A DNA stretch of 64,000 nucleotides from Eledone cirrhosa (lineage: Eukaryota), in the NCBI GenBank assembly GCA_964016885.1, contig OZ024743.1, positions 332,506,001-332,570,000 on the forward strand, written 5' to 3'. Under the pieces are notes generated by a model that saw only the letters and a program-made list of their open reading frames with translations, did not search any database and was not told the origin of the DNA. Positions 49,233 to 61,400 of the stretch are shown here, piece after piece. Each line of letters begins with the position of its first letter. Position 1 is the stretch's first letter. A program made the translations under genes and the position numbers.

Positions 49233-49494
49233 TCCACTATCTTGTCCAGCCCAGCTTTACATTACTTAAGATATATAAATTGCATTTTTATTGTAGAAAT
49301 CCGTGAAATGAATGAAAAGTAAAACTGACTCTTAAGCCCCATCATTTTGTCATTTGTTATTGATAACATTCCCCTAATGCGTTGATGTTGTTTTAAAGGG
49401 GCAGAGAGGAGGAGGAGGGTAGGTGAAGGGGGGGGGGGGGGGGGGGGGGGGCTATTATTTCATCGTCATCATAGTATTTGGACATCATTATCTT

Positions 49495-50005
49495 AGCAGT
49501 ATCGGTAGAGGGTCGGACACCATGTTTTGAAGCATAGAGTTACGTCCCTTTATGATCTGAGTTCAAATCCCGCTGAGGTTAACTTTGCCTTCCATCCTTA
49601 CGAGGTCGATAAAATAATGTACCAGTAATGTACTGGTTAGCTGCTGGCCTTGTGCCTAAAATAGAAACAATTATCATTAAGAAGACAAGGCGGTCAATTG
49701 GCAGTATCGGTGGTAGAGGGTCTGACGCCATGCTTTGCGGCATAGAGTTACGGCCCTTTACGTTCAGAGTTCAAATCCCACCAAGGTTAACTTTGCCTTT
49801 CATCCTTATGGGGTCGATAAAATAAAGTACCAGTAATGTACTGGGATAATTGCTGGCCTTGTGCCAAAAGTAGAAACAATTATTATTAAGAAGACATCTG
49901 GCTGACTGGTTAGGGTGTTAGGCTCCCAGCTGTAAAGTCATGAGTTCAATTCCCTGATTGGGTGGCATGTTGTGTTCTTGAGCAAGATACTTCATTTCAC
50001 ATTAC
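49495..50005 (+). mobile_element. Two tandem SINEs (second family) plus a third-family SINE head
   Basis: GCAGTATCGGTAGAGGGTC...GTAGAAACAATT twice; GTGTTCTTGAGCAAGATACTT. Confidence 0.85.
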
Positions 50006-50953
50006 TTTCCATAATAGAACTGGAGTTCCTATCATTAAAAACAGCTGAGTAACCTCCTATGAAAAGCAGCCTCATAAGGGACTGGCCAAACCTACATAGG
50101 AGGTGACCTTTAACTTTAATAATATGATAGGACGGAGGCCTCTATCATTAAAACACCTGAAAAACCTTCAATGAACCTAATAAGAAGCCAGTTAAAGGTT
50201 TGAGATATAAATAAAACTGAAGTGTATGATAAAGTTTTTTTCTGTATATATACAGAGTGGGTAACCAAGACTGCACTAACATATAACATAAACACATATT
50301 GTAGGCATGTAAATACGCCAAAAAGTACAAAATTCTTTGTAAACTGTAAACTAGGTTCCAAAAATCGATCAAAGGTGTTTATCATTTTTTTTTTTTATTC
50401 ACAGGGAAATTCGTATTTTGTTTGCATGCCTACATATTAAATATATGGATATTTATATACACCTTGGTGCAGTCTCAGTTACACACTCTGTATGTATACA
50501 GATATAACTTTATATATTTTGCTCACACAGAACTGATTTTGGCTTGGTTTCTACAGCTGGATGCCTTTCCTAACACTAAACACATTTACAGTGTGTGTGT
50601 GTACCTAGACAACCACTTTACAGTGGGGACTGGACACTTTTTGTCGTGACACCTACATGACCACTTTACAGTGTAGACTGGGTGTTTTTTTTTTGTTATG
50701 ACACCTGCACAACCACTTTACAGTATGGGCTGGACACTTTTGTGAAATGAAATGTTCCTTCCAAAGATTTTTTCCTGTCCTCTATAGTTCCTCACAATTT
50801 AAATATCACAGTAATCAATGAACCACTACAGTCAGCTAAAAATTTGTTAAATTGTGTTGGACATGCAACAAATCTAGTTGGTTTATTTCTTAATGCTAGC
50901 AAAACAGAAATTGTAACACATGGAATCAATGGTGATTATCAAGTAAAATCCTT

Positions 50954-51557
50954 CTTCTTGCTCTTCTTCGTTCACTTATTCCTGAGACGGTCATGGAGGG
51001 AGAATCCTCAAACACTCCTTCCAGCAGGTCCTGTCAGAAGCAACTATCTCCAACTGATCCGGCTAGATCCTCAAGCGAGACCAGCCAAGCTCATGGATGT
51101 TATCTAACCATCTTACTCGGGATCTACCCCTGGGTCTCCTGCTGGTTGGTTTTTGCCCATAAAATCTGTCCAGTGATTCTTTCTTGAGACATTCTAACCA
51201 TATGCTCGTAGTATCGGACCTGTGATCTCTTAATTTGGAGAAGTAGTGACTCTACCTGGAGCAACTTTCTGATCTCTGAGCTACACAATCTATTGAGTAA
51301 CATTACTCCTAAGACTCTTCGCATGAACAGCATTTCAGCCACTTGTATTCGCAATCGTATTCTTTCAGTCATTACCCAAGAGTCATGACCATAGGTCAGG
51401 GTCGGCATGACTACCAAGCTGAAGATAGCAAGTTTGTCTTTTACACCTACCTCCTTCTGATTATTGAATGCTGAAACTGGTGCATTACTGCACCAGCTCC
51501 TCCAATTCTTACTTAATTCAGCCCCCTACCTTCCATCACTGAAGCAAGTGCAGAAGT
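50954..51557 (-). mobile_element. Rex3/Expander-like RTE 3' fragment with 15-bp TSD
   Basis: PTLTYGHDSWVMTERIRLRIQVAEM..RSQVRYYEHMVRM; TSD TCAAGTAAAATCCTT at 50939-50953 and 51558-51572. Confidence 0.9.
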
Positions 51558-51784
51558 TCAAGTAAAATCCTTAACTTGATCGGGTTGAGCAATTTAAATA
51601 TTTAGGTACCTATGTCCTAGAAAGCAAGGATGATTTTAGTATAAGGAAAGGACCTGCATGGGCTGTAATGGGCTAGACAAAATATGGAAGTCTAACATGG
51701 ACAGAAAACTGAAACTTAGATTTTTCAGGGTATGTGTAGAAAGTATTCTGTTGTACAACTCAGAAACTTGGACAATAATATCTA

Positions 51785-52073
51785 AACTAAAATAAAAGTC
51801 TGTCTGAAGCCAAGAGTCTCGTCAGGTTGGTGCTTAGCCAGGTTTTGTAATGTGAAGCAACTAGAGTACAAGACTCCCCCCTGAACAGGGTGCCAGTCCA
51901 TCGTAGGGTTAAACCCCCAGCTATTGCTGGTACTCATTTGCAGCTGAGTATACTGGAACAATGTGAAATGAAGTGTTTTACTCAAGAATACAACACACAA
52001 CCCAGTCCAGGAATCAAACCCACAACATTATGATTGTAAGTCCAACACCCTTACTACTAGGCCACACACCTCC
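51785..52073 (-). mobile_element. tRNA-derived SINE (third family)
   Basis: Minus strand GGAGGTGTGTGGCCTAGTAGTAAGGGTGTTGG...GGTTTGATTCC. Confidence 0.8.
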
Positions 52074-52484
52074 ATAAGAACCATAATATGAAACATATAA
52101 ATAAAAATAGATGGATTATATACTAAACTCTTGAGAAGAAATTTTAATCTCGGCTGGAGAGATCATCTGACCAAAAGCTAGCTATACCAAGTCCTGCCAC
52201 GGCTGTCAGATACCATTAGGTAAGGAAGATTAGGCATTGCTGGCCATTGTCACAGAGCTGGGGACCAACTGGTTTTTAATCAGGAGGTAGGAAGCAAAGA
52301 GAAGCAGGAATGATGATCTTTCCAAAATGCTCAGAGAGGATATTAGTATAACTCTGATTGTGAAATCAAAGTCTTGCTTGGGGATGAAGCACGATTGGAG
52401 GCAGAAAGTTAGAGTTGCTATAGTTTCGCCTGTAGACAACTGATGCAGATATATACATCATACACATCATGGATGTTTCTGTGT

Positions 52485-55400
52485 AGGAAGGGCCAGATAT
52501 AGGGGAGGAAATATTGAGAGAAAGGGAGGGACCAGATATAGATGAGGAAATATAGAGACAAAGGGAGGGACCAGATATAGGGGAAGAAATATTGAGAGAA
52601 TGGGGGGACCAGATATAGGGGAGGAAATATTGAGAGAAAGGGAGGGACCAGATATAGAGGAGGAAATATAGAGACAAAGGGAGGGACCAGATATAGGGGA
52701 GGAAATATTGAGAGAAAGAGATGGACCAGATATAGGGCAGGGAATATTGAGAGAAAGGGGGGGAGCAGATATTGAGGAGGAAATATAGAGACAAAGGGAG
52801 GGACCAGATATAGGGGAGGAAATATTGAGAGAAAGGGGGGAACCAGATATAGAGGAGGAAATATAGAGACAAAGGGAGGGACAAGATATAGGGGAGGAAA
52901 TATTGAGAGAAAGGGGGGGACCAGATATAGAGGAGGAAATATAGAGACAAAGGGAGGGACAAGATATAGGGGAGGAAATATTGAGAGAAAGGGGGGGACA
53001 AGATATGGGGGAGGAAATATTAAGAGAAAGGGATGGACCAGATATAGGGGAAGAAATATTGAGAGAAAGGGGGGGACCAGATATAGAGGAGAAAATATAG
53101 AGACAAAGGGAGGGACCAGATATAGGGGAGGAAATATTGAGAGAAAGGGGGGAGAGATATAGGGGAGGAAATATTAAGAGAAAGGGATGCACCAGATATA
53201 GGGGAGGAAATATTGAGAGAAAGGGAGGCACCAGATATAGGGCAGGAAATATTGAGAGAAAGGGAGAGACCAGATATAAGGCAGGAAACATTGAGAGAAA
53301 GGGAGGGACCAGATATAAGGCAGGAAATACTGAGAAAAAGGGAGGGACCAGATATAGGGCAGGGAATATTGAGAGAAAGGGAGAGACCAGATATAAGGCA
53401 GGAAATATTGAGAGAAAGGGAGGGAACAGATATAGGGCAGGGAATATTGAGAGAAAGGGAGAGACCTGATATAAGGCAGGAAATATTGAGAGAAAGGGAG
53501 AGACCAGATATAAGGCAGGAAATATTGAGAGAAAGGGAGGGAACAGATATAGGGCAGGGAATATTGAGAGAAAGGGAGAGACCTGATATAAGGCAGGGAA
53601 TATAGAGAGAAAGGGAGAGACCAGATATAAGGCAGAAAATATTGAGAGAAAGGGAGGGAATAGATATAAGGCAGGGAATATTGAGAGAAAGGGAGAGACC
53701 AGATGTAAGGCAGGAAATATTGAGAGAAAGGGAGAGACCAGATATAGGGCAGGAAATACTGAGAGAAAGGGAGAGACCTAATATAGGGCAGGAAATACTG
53801 AGAGATAGGGAGGGACATGATACAAGGCAGGAAATACTGAGAGAAAGGGAGAGACCAGATATAAGGCAGGAAATATTGAGAGAAAGGGAGAGACCAGATA
53901 TAAGGCAGGAAATATTGAGAGAAAGGGAGGGAACAGATATAGGGCAGGGAATATTGAGAGAAAGGGAGAGACCAGATATAAGGCAGGAAATATTGAGAGA
54001 AAGGGAGGGAATAGATATAAGGCAGTGAATATTGAGAGAAAGGGAGAGACCAGATATTAGGGAGGAAATATTGAGAGAAAGGGAGGCACTAGATATAGGG
54101 TAGGAAATATTGAGAGAAAGGGAGAGATAAGATATAAGGCAGGAAATATTGAGAGAAAGGGAGGGAACAGATATAGGGCAGGAAATACTGAGAGAAAGGG
54201 AGAGACCTAATATAGGGCAGGAAATATTGAGAGACAGGGAAGGACCAGATATAGGGCAGGAAATACTGAGAGAAAGGGAGAGACCTAATATAGGGCAGGA
54301 AATACTGAGAGAAAGGGAGACACATGATTCAAGGCAGGAAATACTGAGAGAAAGGGAGGGACCAGATATATAGGGCAGGAAATACTGAGAGAAAGAGAGG
54401 GACCAGATATAGAGCAGGAAATACTTGTTTCTACTTTAGGCACAAGGCCAGCAATTACCCAGTGCATTACTGGTACTTTATTTTATCGACCCCGTAAGGA
54501 TGAAAGGAAATACTGAGAGAGAGGGAGAGACCAGATATAGGGCAGGAAATATTCATAGAAAGAGAGAGACCAGATATAGGGCAGGAAATATTGAGAGAAA
54601 GGGAGAGACCAGATATAAGGCAGGAAATACTGAGAGAAAGGGAGGGAACAGATATAAGGCAGGAAATACTGAGAGAAAGGGAGAGACCAGATATAAGGCA
54701 GGAAATACTGAGAGAAAGGGAGGGAAAAGATATAGGGCAGGAAATACTGAGAGATAGGGAGGGACCGTATATAAGGCAGGAAATACTGAGAGAAAGGGAG
54801 AGACCAGATATAAGGCAGGAAATACTGAGAGAAAGGGAGGGAACAGATATAAGGCAAGAAATATTGAGAGAAAGGGAGGGACCAGATATAGGGCAGGAAA
54901 TACTGAGAGAAAGGGAGGGACCAGATATATGGCAGGAAATACTGAGAGAAATAAGGGACCAGGTATAAGGCAGGGAATATTGAGAGAAAGCGAGAGACCA
55001 GATATAGGGCAGGAAATACTGAGAGAAAGGGAGGGACGAGATATAAGGCAGGAAATACTGAGGGAAAGGAAGGGACCAGATATAAGGCGAGGAATATTGA
55101 GAGAAAGGGAGAGACCAGATGTAGGGCAGGAAATACTGAGAGAAAGGGAGGGACCAGATATAGGGCAGGAAATATTGAGAGAAAGGGAGAGACCAGATAT
55201 AGCGGAGGAAATACTGAGAGAAAGGGAGGGACCAGAAATAGGGCAGGAAATATTGAGAGAAAGGGAGAGACCAGATATAAGGGAGGAAATATTGAGAGAA
55301 AGGGAGGGACCAGATATAGGGCAGGAAATATTGAGAGAAAGGGACGGACCAGATATAGGGCAGGAAATACTGAGAGAAAGGGAGGGACCAGATATAAGGG

Positions 55401-58400
55401 AGGAAATATTGAGAGAAAGGGAGGGACCAGATATAGGGCAGGAAATATTGAGAGAAAGGGAGGGACCAGATATAGAGCAGGAAATACTGAGAGAAAGGGT
55501 GAGACCAGATATAGGGCAGGAAATACTGAGAGAAAGGGAAAGACCAGATATAAGGCAGGAAATACTGAGAGAAAGGGAGAGACCAGATATAAGGCAGGAA
55601 ATACTGAGAGAAAGGAAGGGACCAGATATAAGGCAGGAAATACTGAGAGAAAGGAAGGGACCAGATATAAGGCTGGAAATAGATAGAAAGGAAGGGACCA
55701 GATATTAGGCAGGAAATACTGAGAGAAAGGGAGGGAACAGATATAGGTCAGGAAATACTGAGAGAAAGGGAGAGACCAGATAGAGGGGACGAAGTATTGA
55801 GAGAAAGGGAGGGACCAGTTATAGGGCAGGAAATATTGAGAGAAAGGGAGGGACCAGATATTAGGGAGGAATTATGGAGAGAAAGGGAGGGACCAGATAT
55901 AGGGGAGGAAATATTGAGAGAAAGGGAGGGACCAGATATAGGGCAGGAAATACTGAGAGAATGGGAGGGACCAGACATAACGCAGTAAATATTGATAGAA
56001 AGGGAGAGACCAGATATGAGGGAGGAAATATTGAGACAAAAGGAGGGACCAGATATAGGGCAGGAAATATTGAGAGAAAGGGAGGGACCAGATATAAGGC
56101 ATGAAATATTGAGAGAAAGGGAGGCACCAGATATAAGGCAGGAAATATTGAGAGAAAGGGAGAGACCAGATATAGGGGAGGAAATATTGAGAGAAAGGGA
56201 GGGACCAGATATAGAGCAGGAAATACTGAGAGAAAGGGAGAGACCAGATATAGGGCAGGAAATACTGAGAGAAAGGGAAAGACCAGATATAAGGCAGGAA
56301 ATACTGAGAGAAAGGGAGAGACCAGATATAAGGGAGGAAATATTGAGAGAAAGGTAGGGACCAGATATAGGTCAGGAAATATTGAGAGAAAGGGAGGGAC
56401 CAGATATAAGGCATGAAATATTGAGAGAAAGGGAGGCACCAGATATAAGGCAGGAAATATTGAGAGAAAGGGAGAGACCAGATATAGGGGAGGAAATATT
56501 GAGAGAAAGGGAGAGACCAGATATAGGGGAGGAAATATTGAGAGAAAGGGAGGGACAAGATATAGGGCAGGAAATATTGAGAGAAAGGGAGGGACCAGAT
56601 ATAGGGCAGGAAATATTGAGAGAAAAGGGAGAGACCAGATATAGGGGAGGAAATATTGAGACAAAAAGAGGGACCAGATATAGGGCAGGAAATATTGAGA
56701 GAAAGGGAGAGACCAGATATAGGGGAGGAAATATTGTGAGAAAGGGAGTGACCAGATATAGGGCAGGAAATATTGAGAGAAAGGGAGGGACCAGATATAG
56801 AGCAGGAAATACTGAGAGAAAGGGAGAGATCAGATATAGGGCAGGAAATACTGATAGAAAGGGAGGGATCAGATATAGGGCAGGAAATATTGAGACAAAG
56901 GGAGAGACCAGATATAAGGCAGGAAATATTGAGAGAAAGGGAGAGACCAGATATTAGGGAGGAAATATTGAGAGAAAGGGAGGGAGAAGATATAGGGCAG
57001 GAAATATTGAGAGAACGGGAGGGACCAGATATAGGGCAGGAAATACTGAGAGAAAGGGAGAGACCAGATATAAGGCAGGAAATACTGGGAGATAGGGAGG
57101 GACCAGATATAGGGCAGGAAATATTGAGAGAAAGGGAGGGACAAGATATAGGGCAGGAAATATTGTAAGAAAGGGAGAGACCAGATATAAGGCAGGAAAT
57201 ACTGAGAGAAAGGGAGGGATCAGATATAAGGCAGGAAATATTGAGAGAAAGAGAGGGACCAGATAAAGGGCAGGAAATACTGAGAGAAAGAGAGGGACCA
57301 GATATAATGCAGGAAATATTGAGAGAAAGGGAGGGACCAGATATAGGGCAGGAAATACTGAGAGAAAGGGAGAGACCAGATATTTGGGAGGAAATATTGA
57401 GAGAAAGGGAGGGACAAGATATAGGGCAGGAAATATTGAGATAAAGGGAGAGACCAGATATAGCGGAGGAAATACTGAGAGAAGGGGAGTGACCAGATAT
57501 AAGGCAGGAAATACTGGGAAATAGGGAGGGACCAGATATAGGGCAGGAAATATTGAGAGAAAGGGAAGGACAAGATATAGGGCAGGAAATATTGAGAGAA
57601 AGGGAGAGACCAGATATAGCGGAGGAAATACTGAGAGACAGGGAGGGACCAGATATAGGGCAGGAAATATTGAGAGAAAGGGAGAGACCAGATATAGCGG
57701 AGGAAATATTGAGAGAAAGGGAGGGACAAGATATAGGGCAGGAAATATTGAGAGAAAGGGAGAGACCAGATATAGGGCAGGAAATACTGAGAGAAGGGGA
57801 GTGACCAGATATAAGGCAGGAAATACTGGGAGATAGGGAGGGACCAGATATAGGGCAGGAAATATTGAGAGAAAGGGAAGGACAAGATATAGGGCAGGAA
57901 ATATTGAGAGAAAGGGGGGGACCAGATATAGGGCAGGAAATATTGAGAGAAAGGGAGAGACCAGATATAGCGGAGGAAATACTGAGAGAAAGGGAGGGAC
58001 CAGATATAGGGCAGGAAATATTGAGAGAAAGGGAGAGACCAGATATAGCAGAGGAAATACTGAGAGAAAGGGAGGGACCAGATATAAGGCAGGAAATACT
58101 GAGAGATAGGGAGGGACCAGATATGGGGCAGGAAATATTGAGAGAAAGGGAGAGACCAGATATAAGGCAGGAAATGCTGGGAGATAGGGAGGGACCAGAT
58201 ATAGGGCAGGAAATATTGAGAGAAAGGGAGGGACAAGATATAGCGGAGGAAATGCTGAGAGAAAGGGAGGGACCAGATATAGGGTAGGAAATATTGAGAG
58301 AAAGGGAGAGACCAGATATAGGGCAGGAAATACTGGGAGATAGGGAAGTACCAGATATAGGGCAGGAAATATTGAGAGAAAGGGAGAGACCAGATATAAG

Positions 58401-61400
58401 GCAGGAAATACTGGGAGATAGGGAGGGACCAGATATAGGGCAGGAAATATTGAGAGAAAGGGAGAGACCAGATATAGGGCAGGAAATACTGAGAGAAAGG
58501 GAGGGACCAGATATAGGGCAGGAAATATTGAGAGAAAAAGAGTGACCAGATATAAGGCAGGGAATATTGAGAGTAAGGGAGGGACCAGATATAAGGCAGC
58601 AATATTGAGAGAAAGGGAGGTGCCAGATATAAGGCAGGAAATATTGAGAGATAGGGAGAGACAAGATATAGGGCAGGAAATATTGAGAGATCGGGAGGGA
58701 CCAGATATAACGGAGGAAATACTGAGAGAAGGGGGGGACCAGATATAAGGCAGGAAATACTGAGAGAAATAAGGGACCAGGTATAAGGCAGGGAATATTG
58801 AGAGAAAGGGAGAGACCAGATATAGGGCAGGAAATACTGAGAGAAAGGGAGGGACGAGATATAAGGCAGGAAATACTGAGGGAAAGGAAGGGACCAGATA
58901 TAAGGCGAGGAATATTGAGAGAAAGGGAGAGACCAGATGTAGGGCAGGAAATACTGAGAGAAAGGGAGGGACCAGATATAGGGCAGGAAATATTGAGAGA
59001 AAGGGAGAGACCAGATATAGCGGAGGAAATACTGAGAGAAAGGGAGGGACCAGATATAGGGCAGGAAATATTGAGAGAAAGGGAGAGACCAGATATAAGG
59101 GAGGAAATATTGAGAGAAAAGGAGGGACCAGATATAGGGCAGGAAATATTGAGAGAAAGGGACGGACCAGATATAGGGCAGGAAATACTGAGAGAAAGGG
59201 AGGGACCAGATATAAGGGAGGAAATATTGAGAGAAAGGGAGGGACCAGATATAGGGCAGGAAATATTGAGAGAAAGGGAGGGACCAGATATAGAGCAGGA
59301 AATACTGAGAGAAAGGGTGAGACCAGATATAGGGCAGGAAATATTGAGAGAAAGGGAGAGACCAGATATAGCGGAGGAAATACTGAGAGAAAGGGAGGGA
59401 CCAGATATAGGGCAGGAAATATTGAGAGAAAGGGAGAGACCAGATATAGCAGAGGAAATACTGAGAGAAAGGGAGGGACCAGATATAAGGCAGGAAATAC
59501 TGAGAGATAGGGAGGGACCAGATATGGGGCAGGAAATATTGAGAGAAAGGGAGAGACCAGATATAAGGCAGGAAATGCTGGGAGATAGGGAGGGACCAGA
59601 TATAGGGCAGGAAATATTGAGAGAAAGGGAGGGACAAGATATAGCGGAGGAAATGCTGAGAGAAAGGGAGGGACCAGATATAGGGTAGGAAATATTGAGA
59701 GAAAGGGAGAGACCAGATATAGGGCAGGAAATACTGGGAGATAGGGAAGTACCAGATATAGGGCAGGAAATATTGAGAGAAAGGGAGAGACCAGATATAA
59801 GGCAGGAAATACTGGGAGATAGGGAGGGACCAGATATAGGGCAGGAAATATTGAGAGAAAGGGAGAGACCAGATATAGGGCAGGAAATACTGAGAGAAAG
59901 GGAGGGACCAGATATAGGGCAGGAAATATTGAGAGAAAAAGAGTGACCAGATATAAGGCAGGGAATATTGAGAGTAAGGGAGGGACCAGATATAAGGCAG
60001 CAATATTGAGAGAAAGGGAGGTGCCAGATATAAGGCAGGAAATATTGAGAGATAGGGAGAGACAAGATATAGGGCAGGAAATATTGAGAGATCGGGAGGG
60101 ACCAGATATAACGGAGGAAATACTGAGAGAAGGGGGGGACCAGATATAAGGCAGGAAATACTGAGAGAAATAAGGGACCAGGTATAAGGCAGGGAATATT
60201 GAGAGAAAGGGAGAGACCAGATATAGGGCAGGAAATACTGAGAGAAAGGGAGGGACGAGATATAAGGCAGGAAATACTGAGGGAAAGGAAGGGACCAGAT
60301 ATAAGGCGAGGAATATTGAGAGAAAGGGAGAGACCAGATGTAGGGCAGGAAATACTGAGAGAAAGGGAGGGACCAGATATAGGGCAGGAAATATTGAGAG
60401 AAAGGGAGAGACCAGATATAGCGGAGGAAATACTGAGAGAAAGGGAGGGACCAGATATAGGGCAGGAAATATTGAGAGAAAGGGAGAGACCAGATATAAG
60501 GGAGGAAATATTGAGAGAAAAGGAGGGACCAGATATAGGGCAGGAAATATTGAGAGAAAGGGACGGACCAGATATAGGGCAGGAAATACTGAGAGAAAGG
60601 GAGGGACCAGATATAAGGGAGGAAATATTGAGAGAAAGGGAGGGACCAGATATAGGGCAGGAAATATTGAGAGAAAGGGAGGGACCAGATATAGAGCAGG
60701 AAATACTGAGAGAAAGGGTGAGACCAGATATAGGGCAGGAAATACTGAGAGAAAGGGAAAGACCAGATATAAGGCAGGAAATACTGAGAGAAAGGGAGAG
60801 ACCAGATATAAGGCAGGAAATACTGAGAGAAAGGAAGGGACCAGATATAAGGCAGGAAATACTGAGAGAAAGGAAGGGACCAGATATAAGGCTGGAAATA
60901 GATAGAAAGGAAGGGACCAGATATTAGGCAGGAAATACTGAGAGAAAGGGAGGGAACAGATATAGGTCAGGAAATACTGAGAGAAAGGGAGAGACCAGAT
61001 AGAGGGGACGAAGTATTGAGAGAAAGGGAGGGACCAGTTATAGGGCAGGAAATATTGAGAGAAAGGGAGGGACCAGATATTAGGGAGGAATTATGGAGAG
61101 AAAGGGAGGGACCAGATATAGGGGAGGAAATATTGAGAGAAAGGGAGGGACCAGATATAGGGCAGGAAATACTGAGAGAATGGGAGGGACCAGACATAAC
61201 GCAGGAAATATTGATAGAAAGGGAGAGACCAGATATGAGGGAGGAAATATTGAGACAAAAGGAGGGACCAGATATAGGGCAGGAAATATTGAGAGAAAGG
61301 GAGGGACCAGATATAAGGCATGAAATATTGAGAGGAAGGGAGGCACCAGATATAAGGCAGGAAATATTGAAAGAAAGGGAGAGACCAGATATAGGGGAGG

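Larger units (their letters stand above)
50810..52430 (+). mobile_element. Old RTE-like LINE split by two insertions
   Basis: VGLFLNASKTE; FKYLG; LRFFRVCVESILLYNSETW; GRLGIAGHCHR in successive pieces. Confidence 0.72.
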
